Below, piece by piece: positions 1 to 8,959 of a stretch of DNA of 64,000 nucleotides. The position numbers and the translations under genes were made by a program. The DNA lies in contig JBBTCT010000001.1 in NCBI GenBank assembly GCA_038060895.1, positions 192,001 through 256,000 on the forward strand, written 5' to 3'. The notes below the pieces were generated by a model. It was given only the letters and a program-made list of their open reading frames with translations, made no database searches and was not told where the DNA came from. This DNA comes from Planctomycetota bacterium (GTDB taxonomy: Bacteria > Planctomycetota > MHYJ01 > WSZJ01). Within the stretch, counting starts at the first letter, position 1, and each line of letters starts with the position of its first letter.

Positions 1-819
1 CACCTGCCCGGTCGAGGCGTAGCGGTAAAGCGCGACGTGGAAAACGCCCTGAAGGGCCGCTGACACGACGGCCAGGGCGATCCAGTAGAACAGGACGGCG
101 CCCCCGATCATGACGGCGACGGGAATTCCAAGGGCGCCCTGGGAGCCCAGGTAGATCGCAAAACCGATCGGGAGCAGGCCGATCATGAAGAGCATCCCGA
201 AGAACAATCCCATTCCACCTTCCCCGACGACCGCCTCGCCCCAGGTTTTCTTGAAGAGCTCCCCGGATCGCGTGATGGCGCGGCCGACGCCGGCCCCTTC
301 AAAGATCATGACCGGCACCGCAAAGTACGTGAGCAGCGACCAGGCGAGACCGAGAAGCGAGGTGATGATCTTGCCGACAAGCCCCGACTTTTCAGAGATG
401 ACCCTCAGGACCATCCCGACGGTCGCAGCGACCAGCGCCCACATGAAGATCGGGCCGACGTTCGCGAAAGCCCCCCGGAATCCGTCCGCAACGGTCGGAT
501 CGCCGCCGTCCATCCGCTTCGCGGCGCAGTGCATCACGCCGACGTTGAAGAAGATCGTGATGAAGTAGCTGACGAGGTAGAAGAGGAACGAGTAGGCGTA
601 CCACGCCGCCTCGATGTGGACCTTCGAGTCCTGCGGCTGCCCGGCCGGAGCCTGAGGCTGATTCACTCCGAACACGATGACCGGGACAATGAAGGACGCG
701 GCAACCAGGAGTGAGGCGAGCGCCGAGAGCACCGGGAAGATCATGATCTCCTTGTCCTGCCGGAGGACGGCCCAGCTGTGGGTGACGAGCTGGTAGCTGC
801 GTGAGAAGCTTCCGAACAT
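1..819 (-). CDS. Multi-TM membrane protein, DUF6159-like (3' end outside window)
   Basis: Manual translation from ATG at 819: MFGSFSRSYQLVTHSWAVLRQDKEIMIFPVLSALASLL...YFITIFFNVGVMHCAAKRMDGGDPTVADGF. Frame runs off the window edge, so it is absent from the ORF track. Confidence 0.75.
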   Translation of the reverse strand, partial: MFGSFSRSYQLVTHSWAVLRQDKEIMIFPVLSALASLLVAASFIVPVIVFGVNQPQAPAGQPQDSKVHIEAAWYAYSFLFYLVSYFITIFFNVGVMHCAAKRMDGGDPTVADGFRGAFANVGPIFMWALVAATVGMVLRVISEKSGLVGKIITSLLGLAWSLLTYFAVPVMIFEGAGVGRAITRSGELFKKTWGEAVVGEGGMGLFFGMLFMIGLLPIGFAIYLGSQGALGIPVAVMIGGAVLFYWIALAVVSAALQGVFHVALYRYASTGQV

Positions 820-977
820 GGGCGCTCCTGGAATGGAGAACAGGGCGATGTCGATCGATGGGAGAAAACGCTCCTCCCTTCACCACACACATTCCGTGCC
901 GTTTCGGCTCCTCCTCAGGAGCTCCGCCAGGTCCCCGCAATCGTACACCGCTGTCCCCCGTGGTGCGTAACTGCGCA

Positions 978-1955
978 TTACTTCCCCGAGCCCTCGTCGG
1001 ATCCTTCGCTCCCGGTCGTCGTCTCCATCGGACCCATCACCCGGAGCTCAACCTCGCCGCCATCGCCGCCGTTCAGCTTCGGCCGGAGCTTTTCATCGGT
1101 GACGCGATAGAACCCCTTCGGCACGTCGCTCTGCTGGAATGTCAGCTGTGTGATGCGCACGGGGTTGAAGTCCACCTTGGCGTCGAGAACGTTTCGGAGA
1201 AGCGCGGGGTAGTCGGTCCACCGGAGTTTCTGCAGGCAGATGACCTGGCCGCCGCCGACGATCTTCGCTTTCTTGAGGTCCACCTTGTCCACGTGCGTCA
1301 TCAGGCCGCTTCCGCGCGAGTCGATCGTCCCTTCGAGCATCCCCAGAACGACGACCTCGGAGAGCCGGAACAGGCCGCTCGCCTCAACCGACTGCCTGCG
1401 AGCAACCGTTTCGAGAGTCCCGTCCCCTTTCTCCACCGGCGGATCTTTCGGCGCCTCACCGTCTTTCACGACCTCGTCCACCGGCTTCCCGGGGAACCAC
1501 CCGACCACCAGCAAACACCGCCCGTGCGCCGCGTCGGCGCGGTCGTGATTGGCCGTGACGTCACCGTAGCTCGATCCGCCGATGATGACCGTGAAGGGGC
1601 ACATCGCCTCGATCGTCCCTGAGAAGTTCGCGCCGATCAGGATGACCCCGCCCTTTTTTTCGATTCTGATGGAGCCGTTCACCGTCCCCTTCACGTACAG
1701 CGTCCCCGCAGCCAGCGCAATGTCGCCTTTCACGCTGTCCGCAACGTAAACCCCCTCCGCAAGCTTCTGCGGCTTCTCGACCGCGCCCAGTTTCTTCGCG
1801 TCGTCGCCGGGAAGCGCGGGCAGGTCCTTGACCTGGTGCTGGCACGGGCACCCGAATCCCGCGGTCGGACCCTCGGCCTTTTCAAGGCCGGCCGGGACCT
1901 TGTCCTGGGCGTGCGCGATGAGTGCGAGGAGTGGGAACAGCAGCAGGGATCTCAT
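978..1955 (-). CDS. Secreted hypothetical protein with beta-helix-like repeats
   Basis: Signal peptide MRSLLLFPLLALIAHA; GAAGGAG SD; repeated G-x-(V/I) strands. Confidence 0.7.
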   Translation of the reverse strand: MRSLLLFPLLALIAHAQDKVPAGLEKAEGPTAGFGCPCQHQVKDLPALPGDDAKKLGAVEKPQKLAEGVYVADSVKGDIALAAGTLYVKGTVNGSIRIEKKGGVILIGANFSGTIEAMCPFTVIIGGSSYGDVTANHDRADAAHGRCLLVVGWFPGKPVDEVVKDGEAPKDPPVEKGDGTLETVARRQSVEASGLFRLSEVVVLGMLEGTIDSRGSGLMTHVDKVDLKKAKIVGGGQVICLQKLRWTDYPALLRNVLDAKVDFNPVRITQLTFQQSDVPKGFYRVTDEKLRPKLNGGDGGEVELRVMGPMETTTGSEGSDEGSGK

Positions 1956-2058
1956 GAGGTCTCCTTCGATTCAGTAGCCTTGTTTTCCACCTTCGAACGA
2001 ACCGGAAGCATAGCGCAATTCGCTCAGGCCACGATTCGGCCTTTGTACAATCGCGGGC

Positions 2059-2163
2059 ATGCTTCCCTGGTCCTGGAACAAGCTGTACCGGACGCGTCCG
2101 GAGAAGCTTCCGCGGCACTCCGGATCGGCGGAGCCGTGGGCGCTTTTCGCGAAACGACGTTGA
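2059..2163 (+). CDS. Putative 34-aa leaderless small ORF coupled to folC
   Basis: TACAAT at 2046-2051, ATG 7 nt later; MLPWSWNKLYRTRPEKLPRHSGSAEPWALFAKRR; its TGA overlaps the folC TTG start (TTGA). Confidence 0.5.
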   Translation: MLPWSWNKLYRTRPEKLPRHSGSAEPWALFAKRR

Positions 2164-3446
2164 AGCCCTTCCGCTCGGCCCGCGCCGCGCTCGCCTACCT
2201 GTCGCGCTTCACCAATTACGAGAAGACGCCGCCGAAGGGGCGACGGACGCCGTACGACCTGGCCCGGATGCGGCGGCTGTGCGAAGCGCTGGGGCATCCT
2301 GAGAGGGCGTTCGCGGCGTATCACGTGACGGGGACGAAGGGGAAAGGCTCGACGGCGCATTATCTGGCGGCGGCGTTCGGGGAAAACGCGGGGCTGTATA
2401 CGTCTCCGCACCTCTCGTCGATGCTGGAGCGGATCCGGGTCGGCGGTTGCCCTGTGTCGGGAAAGCGGTTCGCGGCGCTGATGACGCGCGTGGTCGCGAA
2501 ATCCGAGACGGCCCCCGGTGAGTTCGCGACGTACTTTGAACTCATGACCGCCTGCGCGTTCGAGGCGTTTCGCGGGTGCGGCGTGGCGGTCATCGAGGTC
2601 GGGCTCGGCGGCAGGCTTGACGCCACCAACGTCCTCCCGGCGCCGCTGGCCTGCGGGATCACTTCGATCGACTGGGACCACATGGACCGGCTCGGCAACA
2701 CGCTGGAGAAAATCGCGGCGGAAAAGGCCGGGATCGTCAAGCCGGGCGCCGTCGTCGTGACGGCTGAGCGCAAGCCCGGCCCGCTCGGCGTGATCCGGCG
2801 GGCCGCGGCGCGCGCCGGGTGCCGGCTGCTGATCGTGGGAAGGGAGGTTCGGATCGACGAAGCGGTCTCCGACGGGCGGGACCGGTGGAGCGCGACACTT
2901 TCGATGAAGGGGTCGCCGTCCATGCGCGTTACGCTCGCGACGCCGGGCCGGCACCAGCTCGACAACTTCGCGGTCGCCTGGGCGATGGCGCAGTCCACCG
3001 CGCCGCTGCCCGCCGCGCACTGGCGCGCTGCGGCCTCCGTCCAGATCCCCGCGCGCCTGCAGCTGTTCCCGGGCGCGCCCCCCGTCCTCCTGGACGTCGC
3101 GCACAACCCGGTCTCCCTGCGCGCCCTCGCCGTCCACCTGGCCCGCGCGTTCCCGCGGCGCCGCACCGCGCTCGTCTTCGGAACGTCGTCCGACAAGGAT
3201 GTCGCTGCCAATGTGGAAGCGGTCGCCGGCGCCGCGGACGCGCTCTTCTTCGCGGCCGCCCGCCATCCGAGGGCGTCTGACCCCGCCACGCTCCGGGCGC
3301 TGGCCGGCCGCGGCGAGGCGTTCGCGAACGCACGGCGCGCTCTTGACGCAGCGCGTCAATATGCCGGAAAACGCGGGCTCGTCGTCGTCGCCGGCTCGTT
3401 TTACCTCGCCGGCGACCTGCTGCCGTCGATCCGCCGGCGCCCGTAG
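2160..3446 (+). CDS. folC: Bifunctional folylpolyglutamate synthase/dihydrofolate synthase
   Basis: HVTGTKGKGST, TSPHL, EVGLGGRLDATN, LDVAHNP, GSFYLAG motifs; TTG start inferred. Confidence 0.93.
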   Translation: MKPFRSARAALAYLSRFTNYEKTPPKGRRTPYDLARMRRLCEALGHPERAFAAYHVTGTKGKGSTAHYLAAAFGENAGLYTSPHLSSMLERIRVGGCPVSGKRFAALMTRVVAKSETAPGEFATYFELMTACAFEAFRGCGVAVIEVGLGGRLDATNVLPAPLACGITSIDWDHMDRLGNTLEKIAAEKAGIVKPGAVVVTAERKPGPLGVIRRAAARAGCRLLIVGREVRIDEAVSDGRDRWSATLSMKGSPSMRVTLATPGRHQLDNFAVAWAMAQSTAPLPAAHWRAAASVQIPARLQLFPGAPPVLLDVAHNPVSLRALAVHLARAFPRRRTALVFGTSSDKDVAANVEAVAGAADALFFAAARHPRASDPATLRALAGRGEAFANARRALDAARQYAGKRGLVVVAGSFYLAGDLLPSIRRRP

Positions 3447-3497
3447 CGGACGCCGTTCACTCGTCGCCTGCAACGCACCGCTGCTACACTGATCCCA

Positions 3498-5258
3498 ATG
3501 CCGCGCACCCCTTCCAACGAGGATCTTCTCGTCGGCCGAATCGCACTCGCCAGCGGGCTCCTCACGCGCGACAAACTCGACGAGTGCATCCACCTCTTCG
3601 AATCCTCGGAACTCCCCCCTACGCTCGGCGAGGTCTTCGTCGAGCGCGGCTACCTGACCCGCGAACGCCTCGCCATGCTCACCGCCGTCGTCGATCGCGA
3701 CCTCCCCGCCCCGGTCGCCGCTTCCCCGACGCCCGTCCCCCAGAAATCCATCACGCCCCTTCCGGATTCCCTCACCGAGTCCGCATTCTTCGGCAAGATC
3801 GCCATCCGCGAAAACCTCGTCACGCACGAGCAGCTCTTCGAGTGCCTGGACCAGCAGGTACGGCTCGAGAAGGAAGGCAAGGCGCGGCAGCTCGGCGAGA
3901 TCATGGTGGACAAGGGATACCTGAAGCTGGGCGACGTGACGCGGCTTCTGCGGTTGCAGAAGAAAGTGGTGATGAAGTGCCCCACCTGCGAGGCGTCGTT
4001 CACGGTCAGCGAGGAGCTGGCGAAGACGAAGCTGCCGTGCCAGCAGTGCAAGGCGCTGCTGATCCCCGTGAAGCGATTGGTGACGGCGCGGACGGAGACG
4101 ATTACGGCGACGGGGGCTGTGCAGGACTCGATCATCGGGAAGATGTTCAGCGGGGTGCAGGTGACGCAGCGCGTCGGGCGCGGCGGGATGGCGACCGTGT
4201 ACAAGGGAATCCACATCGCGCTGAACAAGCCCATGGCAGTAAAGATCCTGTCGGTTTCGGTGAAGGACCCGGACATGATCCAGCGCTTCGTGAAGGAAGC
4301 GCGGTCGGTGGCGAAGCTGGAGCATGCGAACATCGTGCAGGTCTACAACGTGGGGCAGAAATTCGGCTACACGTTCATCCTGATGCAGTTCATCGAAGGT
4401 CACACGATCGCGGAGATCCTGGACCACAAGAAGAAGATCCCTCCGGGGCAGGCGATCAAGATCGTGCGGGAGATTGCGAAGGGTCTCGGGTACGCGCACC
4501 GGATGGGCCTGGTGCACCGGGACGTGAAGCCGGACAACGTGTTCGTGACGGTGGACGGCGAGGTCAAAGTCGGGGATTTCGGGCTTGCGATCGAGACCAG
4601 GAGCGTGCGCAAGACGGACACGATCACGGGGACGCCCTACTACATGCCTCCGGAACAGTGGCGAGGCGACCCGCAGGACGGGCGCAGCGACATCTACTCG
4701 CTCGGCGTGACGTTCTATTACTTCGTGACGGGGAGACGGCCCTTTGAAGGCGAGGGCCCGATCATCCTCATGGAGCAGCACATGCACGAACGCCCGCGGA
4801 CGCCCGCTTCGCACAACCCCGACATCCCGCAGGGCGTCTCCGCCGTGATCATGAAAATGATCGCGAAAAAACCTGCGGACCGGTACCAGTCCGCCGAGGA
4901 ACTGCTTGCGGACCTGGAGCGGGTCGAAAGCGGCCGCGAGCCGCTGGCGCCGCCGGACCCCAGCGAAATGCTCACGTGCCGCTTCTGCCAGGCGCAGAAC
5001 AAGCCGACGGCGAAGAAGTGCATGGACTGCGGGGAGAATCTCGGCGCGAACATCGAGATGCTGCTGATGGACAACGAGTTCCAGTGCCCGAAGTGCCGGA
5101 ACGCGGTGACGATGGGAGTACGGATGTGCGAGTCGTGCGGCATGATGTTCTGCAAGTCGTGCAAGATCTCGCCGGTGGCGGCAGGGACGCAGTACTGCCC
5201 CCAGCATCAGGAGCCGCCGCCGCAGTTTCCGGAGCGCAGGCAGGTCCGGAAAAAATAA
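3498..5258 (+). CDS. Ser/Thr protein kinase (Hanks-type) with N-terminal MshEN-like repeats and Zn ribbons
   Basis: GRGGMATVY, AVKIL, HRDVKPDN, DFG, GTPYYMPPEQ; multiple CxxC pairs before and after the kinase domain. Confidence 0.92.
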   Translation: MPRTPSNEDLLVGRIALASGLLTRDKLDECIHLFESSELPPTLGEVFVERGYLTRERLAMLTAVVDRDLPAPVAASPTPVPQKSITPLPDSLTESAFFGKIAIRENLVTHEQLFECLDQQVRLEKEGKARQLGEIMVDKGYLKLGDVTRLLRLQKKVVMKCPTCEASFTVSEELAKTKLPCQQCKALLIPVKRLVTARTETITATGAVQDSIIGKMFSGVQVTQRVGRGGMATVYKGIHIALNKPMAVKILSVSVKDPDMIQRFVKEARSVAKLEHANIVQVYNVGQKFGYTFILMQFIEGHTIAEILDHKKKIPPGQAIKIVREIAKGLGYAHRMGLVHRDVKPDNVFVTVDGEVKVGDFGLAIETRSVRKTDTITGTPYYMPPEQWRGDPQDGRSDIYSLGVTFYYFVTGRRPFEGEGPIILMEQHMHERPRTPASHNPDIPQGVSAVIMKMIAKKPADRYQSAEELLADLERVESGREPLAPPDPSEMLTCRFCQAQNKPTAKKCMDCGENLGANIEMLLMDNEFQCPKCRNAVTMGVRMCESCGMMFCKSCKISPVAAGTQYCPQHQEPPPQFPERRQVRKK

Positions 5259-5342
5259 GGGATCCCGGATCCCCGGTCCCCCCCTGTCCCACCCGCGCCC
5301 GAAATGGTTCAATCTCGCCCCGACGTCTGCCGCACTAAATGG

Positions 5343-5420
5343 CGGGGTGTAGCGCAGCCTGGTTAGCGCGCCACGCTTGGGACGTGGAGGTCGGCGGTTC
5401 GAATCCGCCCACCCCGACCA
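5343..5420 (+). tRNA. tRNA-Pro(TGG)
   Basis: CGGGGTG/CACCCCG acceptor stem, anticodon arm CCACG-CTTGGGA-CGTGG, GGTTCGAATCC T-loop, encoded CCA. Confidence 0.97.
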
Positions 5421-5454
5421 TTTGCGGATCCTTCCGGCTCTCGAGGCGCACCCG

Positions 5455-5910
5455 ATGGGACTGACTCAGAAGATCGCCGACGAAATGAAGGTCGCGATGA
5501 AAGCGAAGGACCAGTCGCGGCTCGACGCCCTTCGCCTCATCAAGGCCGCCCTCATGCACAAGGAAGTCGCTTCCGGCGTCCACAAAGAGCTGACGGAGGC
5601 GGAGGAGATTTCGGTGGTCCAGGCGCTGGTGAAGCAACGGAAGGACTCGATCGAGCAGTTCACGAAGGGGGGGCGACCGGAGCTCGCGGCGAAAGAGGCT
5701 GCGGAGCTGAAAATCGCCGAGGCGTTCCTGCCGGCGGGACCTTCGGACACGGAGCTATCCGCCGCGATCGAAGCCGCGGTGACGGAAACTTCGGCGACCG
5801 GCCCGAAGGACATGGGCAAAGTGATGAAGGCGCTCAAGGACAAGTTCGCAGGCAAGGCGGTGGACGGCGGAGCGCTTTCCGCGAAGGTCAAGGCCCGGCT
5901 GGGCGGGTAG
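5455..5910 (+). CDS. GatB/YqeY domain protein
   Basis: MKVAMKAKDQSRLDALRLIKA...KQRKDSIEQF...KDMGKVM. Confidence 0.9.
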   Translation: MGLTQKIADEMKVAMKAKDQSRLDALRLIKAALMHKEVASGVHKELTEAEEISVVQALVKQRKDSIEQFTKGGRPELAAKEAAELKIAEAFLPAGPSDTELSAAIEAAVTETSATGPKDMGKVMKALKDKFAGKAVDGGALSAKVKARLGG

Positions 5911-5982
5911 AATCCCGCCTCCCGGGAAGATCCGTTGCACGCCCGTTGTTACAGGTCCATCCCCCATGAAAGCGAGCCATCG

Positions 5983-6987
5983 ATGAGCAGGGTGTTTCTG
6001 GCCGCCGGAATCGCACTCGCCCTCTGCCGCGCCGCTTCGGCCGGCGGCATCGAGTGGATCGACAACGATTACGACAAGGCCGTCGCGAAGGCGAAGGAGG
6101 CCGGCAAACTCGTCCTCGTGCACTGGCGCAAGGACGGCTGCCACTGGTGCACCGATCTCCAGGAGAAGACGCTCGCGACCGACGATGTCGCGAAGTTTCT
6201 CGGCGAGACCTGCGTCAGCGTGCGAATGGACCGCGCGAAATACGGCCAGCTCGCGGAGAAATTCCACGTCGATGCCACCCCCGACACCCAGTTCCACTCC
6301 AGCGACGGGCGCGTCGTCAAACGCATCGTCGGATTCCTCCCGGCGGAGCAGTTCCTGGCGGAAGCGCAATCGGCGCCGGAAGCGTGGAAGCGGATTCAGG
6401 AACTCGAGGCCGCCATCGCCAAAGACGACAAGGACGCCGCTTCGAAGCTCGACCTGGGCCGTCTCCTGGCCGCGGCCGGTGATCTCGACGCGGCGGACAG
6501 GCACCTGCGCGCCGCCGCGGGCCTGGACACGGACAACGCGAAGGGGCTGGCGCTGGAAGCCTGGTGGACTATGGCGGACTCACGGATGCGCGAGCCGCGT
6601 CCGGACGTAGGTCTGGCCAAGGAAGCGCTCGCGAAAGTGCAGGAGCTGGACCCGAAGAACGAAAAGGGACGGATGGACAATGCGGCGGTGCAGCTCGCGC
6701 GCATCGAGCTCAATGCGGCGCCGAAGCTTGCAAAGGCCTCGCTGGAGAAAATCATGGCGGACTACCCCGGCACCGACGGGGCGGCAGAAGCGATGTTCGT
6801 CCTCGCGGCCGATGTCCTCGTCGATATCGACCGCAACTTCGACGCCGGGGAAGCTATGCTGAAGAAGCTCGCGGCGGAGATGCCTGAGGATCCGTGGGCG
6901 AAGCGCGTCCCGGCCGCCCTGGAACAACTCGCCGTCATCCGCAAGGAATCCACGAAGGACATCAAGAAAGAGGGAGAAGAAAAATGA
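5983..6987 (+). CDS. Exported thioredoxin-fold (CHWC) + TPR protein
   Basis: Signal peptide, IEW..DYDKAVAKAKEAGKLVLVHW..DGCHWC, downstream cis-Pro-like ATP, TPR-like helices. Confidence 0.88.
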   Translation: MSRVFLAAGIALALCRAASAGGIEWIDNDYDKAVAKAKEAGKLVLVHWRKDGCHWCTDLQEKTLATDDVAKFLGETCVSVRMDRAKYGQLAEKFHVDATPDTQFHSSDGRVVKRIVGFLPAEQFLAEAQSAPEAWKRIQELEAAIAKDDKDAASKLDLGRLLAAAGDLDAADRHLRAAAGLDTDNAKGLALEAWWTMADSRMREPRPDVGLAKEALAKVQELDPKNEKGRMDNAAVQLARIELNAAPKLAKASLEKIMADYPGTDGAAEAMFVLAADVLVDIDRNFDAGEAMLKKLAAEMPEDPWAKRVPAALEQLAVIRKESTKDIKKEGEEK

Positions 6988-7919
6988 AGCGCCTCCAACT
7001 CGCCGCCGCTTTCCTTGCCGCCGCCGCGATCGCGCGAGCCGACGGCGTGGACTGGGTGACCGACTACTCCAAGGGCCTTGAGAAGGCGAAGGAGTCCGGG
7101 AAACTCGTACAGGTGCACTTCACGGCCGACTGGTGAAACGCCTGCAAAGTCATGGATACGGATACGTATTCCAACGCCGACATCGCGAAGTACCTGAACG
7201 AGACTTTCGTCAACATCCGGATCGACACCGACAAAGACCCGGACACCGCGAAGAAGTTCAAGGTCCGCGCCATCCCGGACACCCGCTTCCTCGACTCCGG
7301 CGGGAAAGAGCTTCTGCGGATCATCGGACATCGCGCGGAGTTCTTCGACCAGGTGAAGTCCCTGGGTGAAATCGCGGCGGTTGAGTTATCGGTGAAAAAC
7401 AACCCGAAGAACGTCCCGACGCTGATCGCCGCTTCCATCGTTTACCTGAAGCTGGGCCGCATTGATGAAGCCGGCGCGCTGCTGGAAACGGCGATCGACA
7501 ACGACCGGGACAACGCGAGCGGAAAGCGCGAAGAGCTTTTTTACCGCCTCGGCCTCGTGAACATGAAGGCCGGGAACGATGCGAAGGCGGAGGCGGCGTG
7601 GGCGGAGGTCGGGAAAATGGACCCTGAGAACAAGAAGGGGTACATCGACGACCTGCAGTTCGACCGGTGCCTGAAGCAGACGGACGAGGAGGACTACCAC
7701 GGGGCGGAGCGTTCGCTGGGCGACTTTCTGAAGCGGTATCCGGACAGCGAGCACGTGCCGGAAGCCCGCTACCTGCTCGGCATGTCGCAGTTCTTCATGG
7801 AGAAGCGGGAAGACGCGGTTTCGACATGGAAGGACCTGATCCGCGAGAAGCCTGACACGGACGCGGCGAAGAAAGCGGAGAAGGGTCTGAAGTTCGCGGA
7901 GAAGAAAACGAAGAAGTAG
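6984..7919 (+). CDS. Probable selenoprotein: exported thioredoxin-fold (UNAC) + TPR protein, UGA at 7134-7136
   Basis: Track ORFs 6894..7136 and 7152..7919 are in one frame separated only by TGA: HFTADW-U-NACKVM; ATGA-coupled to the Cys paralog; hairpin at 7154-7172. Confidence 0.85.
7154..7172 (+). promoter_or_regulatory. Candidate bacterial SECIS element
   Basis: GGATACG-GATA-CGTA(T)TCC hairpin starting 17 nt after the in-frame UGA; G-initiated apical loop. Confidence 0.7.
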
Positions 7920-7935
7920 AGCGGGCAGAATCCAG

Positions 7936-7969
7936 CGGGGCCGGCTCGTCGCCGGCCCCGTTTTGTTTT
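7936..7969 (+). terminator. Intrinsic terminator
   Basis: CGGGGCCGGC-TCGTC-GCCGGCCCCG followed by TTTTGTTTT. Confidence 0.85.
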
Positions 7970-7983
7970 GAGGGAGTGAGACG

Positions 7984-8532
7984 ATGCCCCGCCCCGCCGT
8001 CTTCCTGGACCGCGACGGAGTCCTCTGCGAGGACCGGACGGACTACGTGAAGTCGTGGTCGGAGTGGCGCTGGGTGCCAGGGGCGCTGGAGGGAGCGGCG
8101 GCGCTGGCGCGCGCCGGAAGGCTCCTGGTAGTGATCTCGAACCAGGCGTGCGTGGGCAAAGGAATTGTCGCGCGCGTGACGCTCGACGACATCCACGGCC
8201 GGATGAAGGACGACCTTGCGGCCGCGGGAGCGCCCCTGGCCGGGATTTACGTCTGCCCGCACACCGACGCCGACGCCTGCGCCTGCCGCAAGCCGAAACC
8301 GGGATTGCTCCTTGCTGCCGCCCGGGAACTCGACCTCGACCTCGCCGCGTCGGCGTTCATCGGCGACAACCTCCGCGACCGCGACGCCTCCACCGCCGCC
8401 GGAGTCGGCCGCTTCGTCCTCGCCCTTACGGGCCAGGGGGAGCGCTGGGCGGCGGAGGGGGCGGCGCAGGGGATTCCGCTCGAGACGGCGCCGGACCTGG
8501 TGGCGGCGGCGAGGGTGATCCTGGCGCCTTAG
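7984..8532 (+). CDS. gmhB: D-glycero-D-manno-heptose 1,7-bisphosphate phosphatase (HAD IIIA)
   Basis: FLDRDGVL, SNQ, CPH...CACRKPKPG, FIGD. Confidence 0.85.
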   Translation: MPRPAVFLDRDGVLCEDRTDYVKSWSEWRWVPGALEGAAALARAGRLLVVISNQACVGKGIVARVTLDDIHGRMKDDLAAAGAPLAGIYVCPHTDADACACRKPKPGLLLAAARELDLDLAASAFIGDNLRDRDASTAAGVGRFVLALTGQGERWAAEGAAQGIPLETAPDLVAAARVILAP

Positions 8533-8959
8533 CCGATGTTTTTTTTTCGCCCCGCTTCAACCCGGCCTGTTCCAGCCTCGTAACGACCGCTTCCCTGTTT
8601 CCGCGGAACCGCAGGAACAACCCGCGGAACGGGTCCAGCGGAGACGGCGACTCGAAGGGCGAGAGGTGGACGCCGATGGAGTGCGCGTAGAAGCGGCGGT
8701 ACCGGGTCCACGGCGCGCGCGTCGTAAGTCCGCAGAACCGGACTGAGATCGCGTCGGGGCGGAGCTCGTAGGCGGTCGGCAGGAACCACTTTCCCAGTGA
8801 AGCCGGGAGCAGGACCGCCGCGAGCCAGCCGAGATGGCCGAAGACGAGGAAGAACAGTGCGATGATTCCCGCGAGGGTCAGGACTTTGAGCGCCGCGCGC
8901 GGACCTTCGTCGCGGAGGGGCCACGCGGTCCAGGCGAGCGCTTCAGGATGCCCGGTCAT
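8426..8959 (-). CDS. Conserved hypothetical membrane protein (3' end uncertain)
   Basis: ATGA-coupled to ridA; two hydrophobic segments; GVHLSPFESPSPLDPFRGLFLRF. Confidence 0.7.
   Translation of the reverse strand: MTGHPEALAWTAWPLRDEGPRAALKVLTLAGIIALFFLVFGHLGWLAAVLLPASLGKWFLPTAYELRPDAISVRFCGLTTRAPWTRYRRFYAHSIGVHLSPFESPSPLDPFRGLFLRFRGNREAVVTRLEQAGLKRGEKKTSAKAPGSPSPPPPGPAPSRAESPAPPPPPPSAPPGP

Noticed and set aside
1971-5312. Long antisense and alternative-frame ORFs (e.g. 1971..5312 -, 38743..41568 +, 34053..36230 -, 52106..53785 -, 61243..62988 +)
   Set aside because: Shadow ORFs of high-GC codon usage that overlap well-supported genes; Arg/Pro/His-rich with no motifs
5343-5420. tRNA-Pro as a prophage or island attachment site
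   Set aside because: No integrase, no duplicated tRNA 3' end and no compositional shift seen in the window
7134-7136. Nonsense pseudogene interpretation of the split thioredoxin genes
   Set aside because: Two independent genes have TGA at the same catalytic column with matching hairpins and otherwise intact frames
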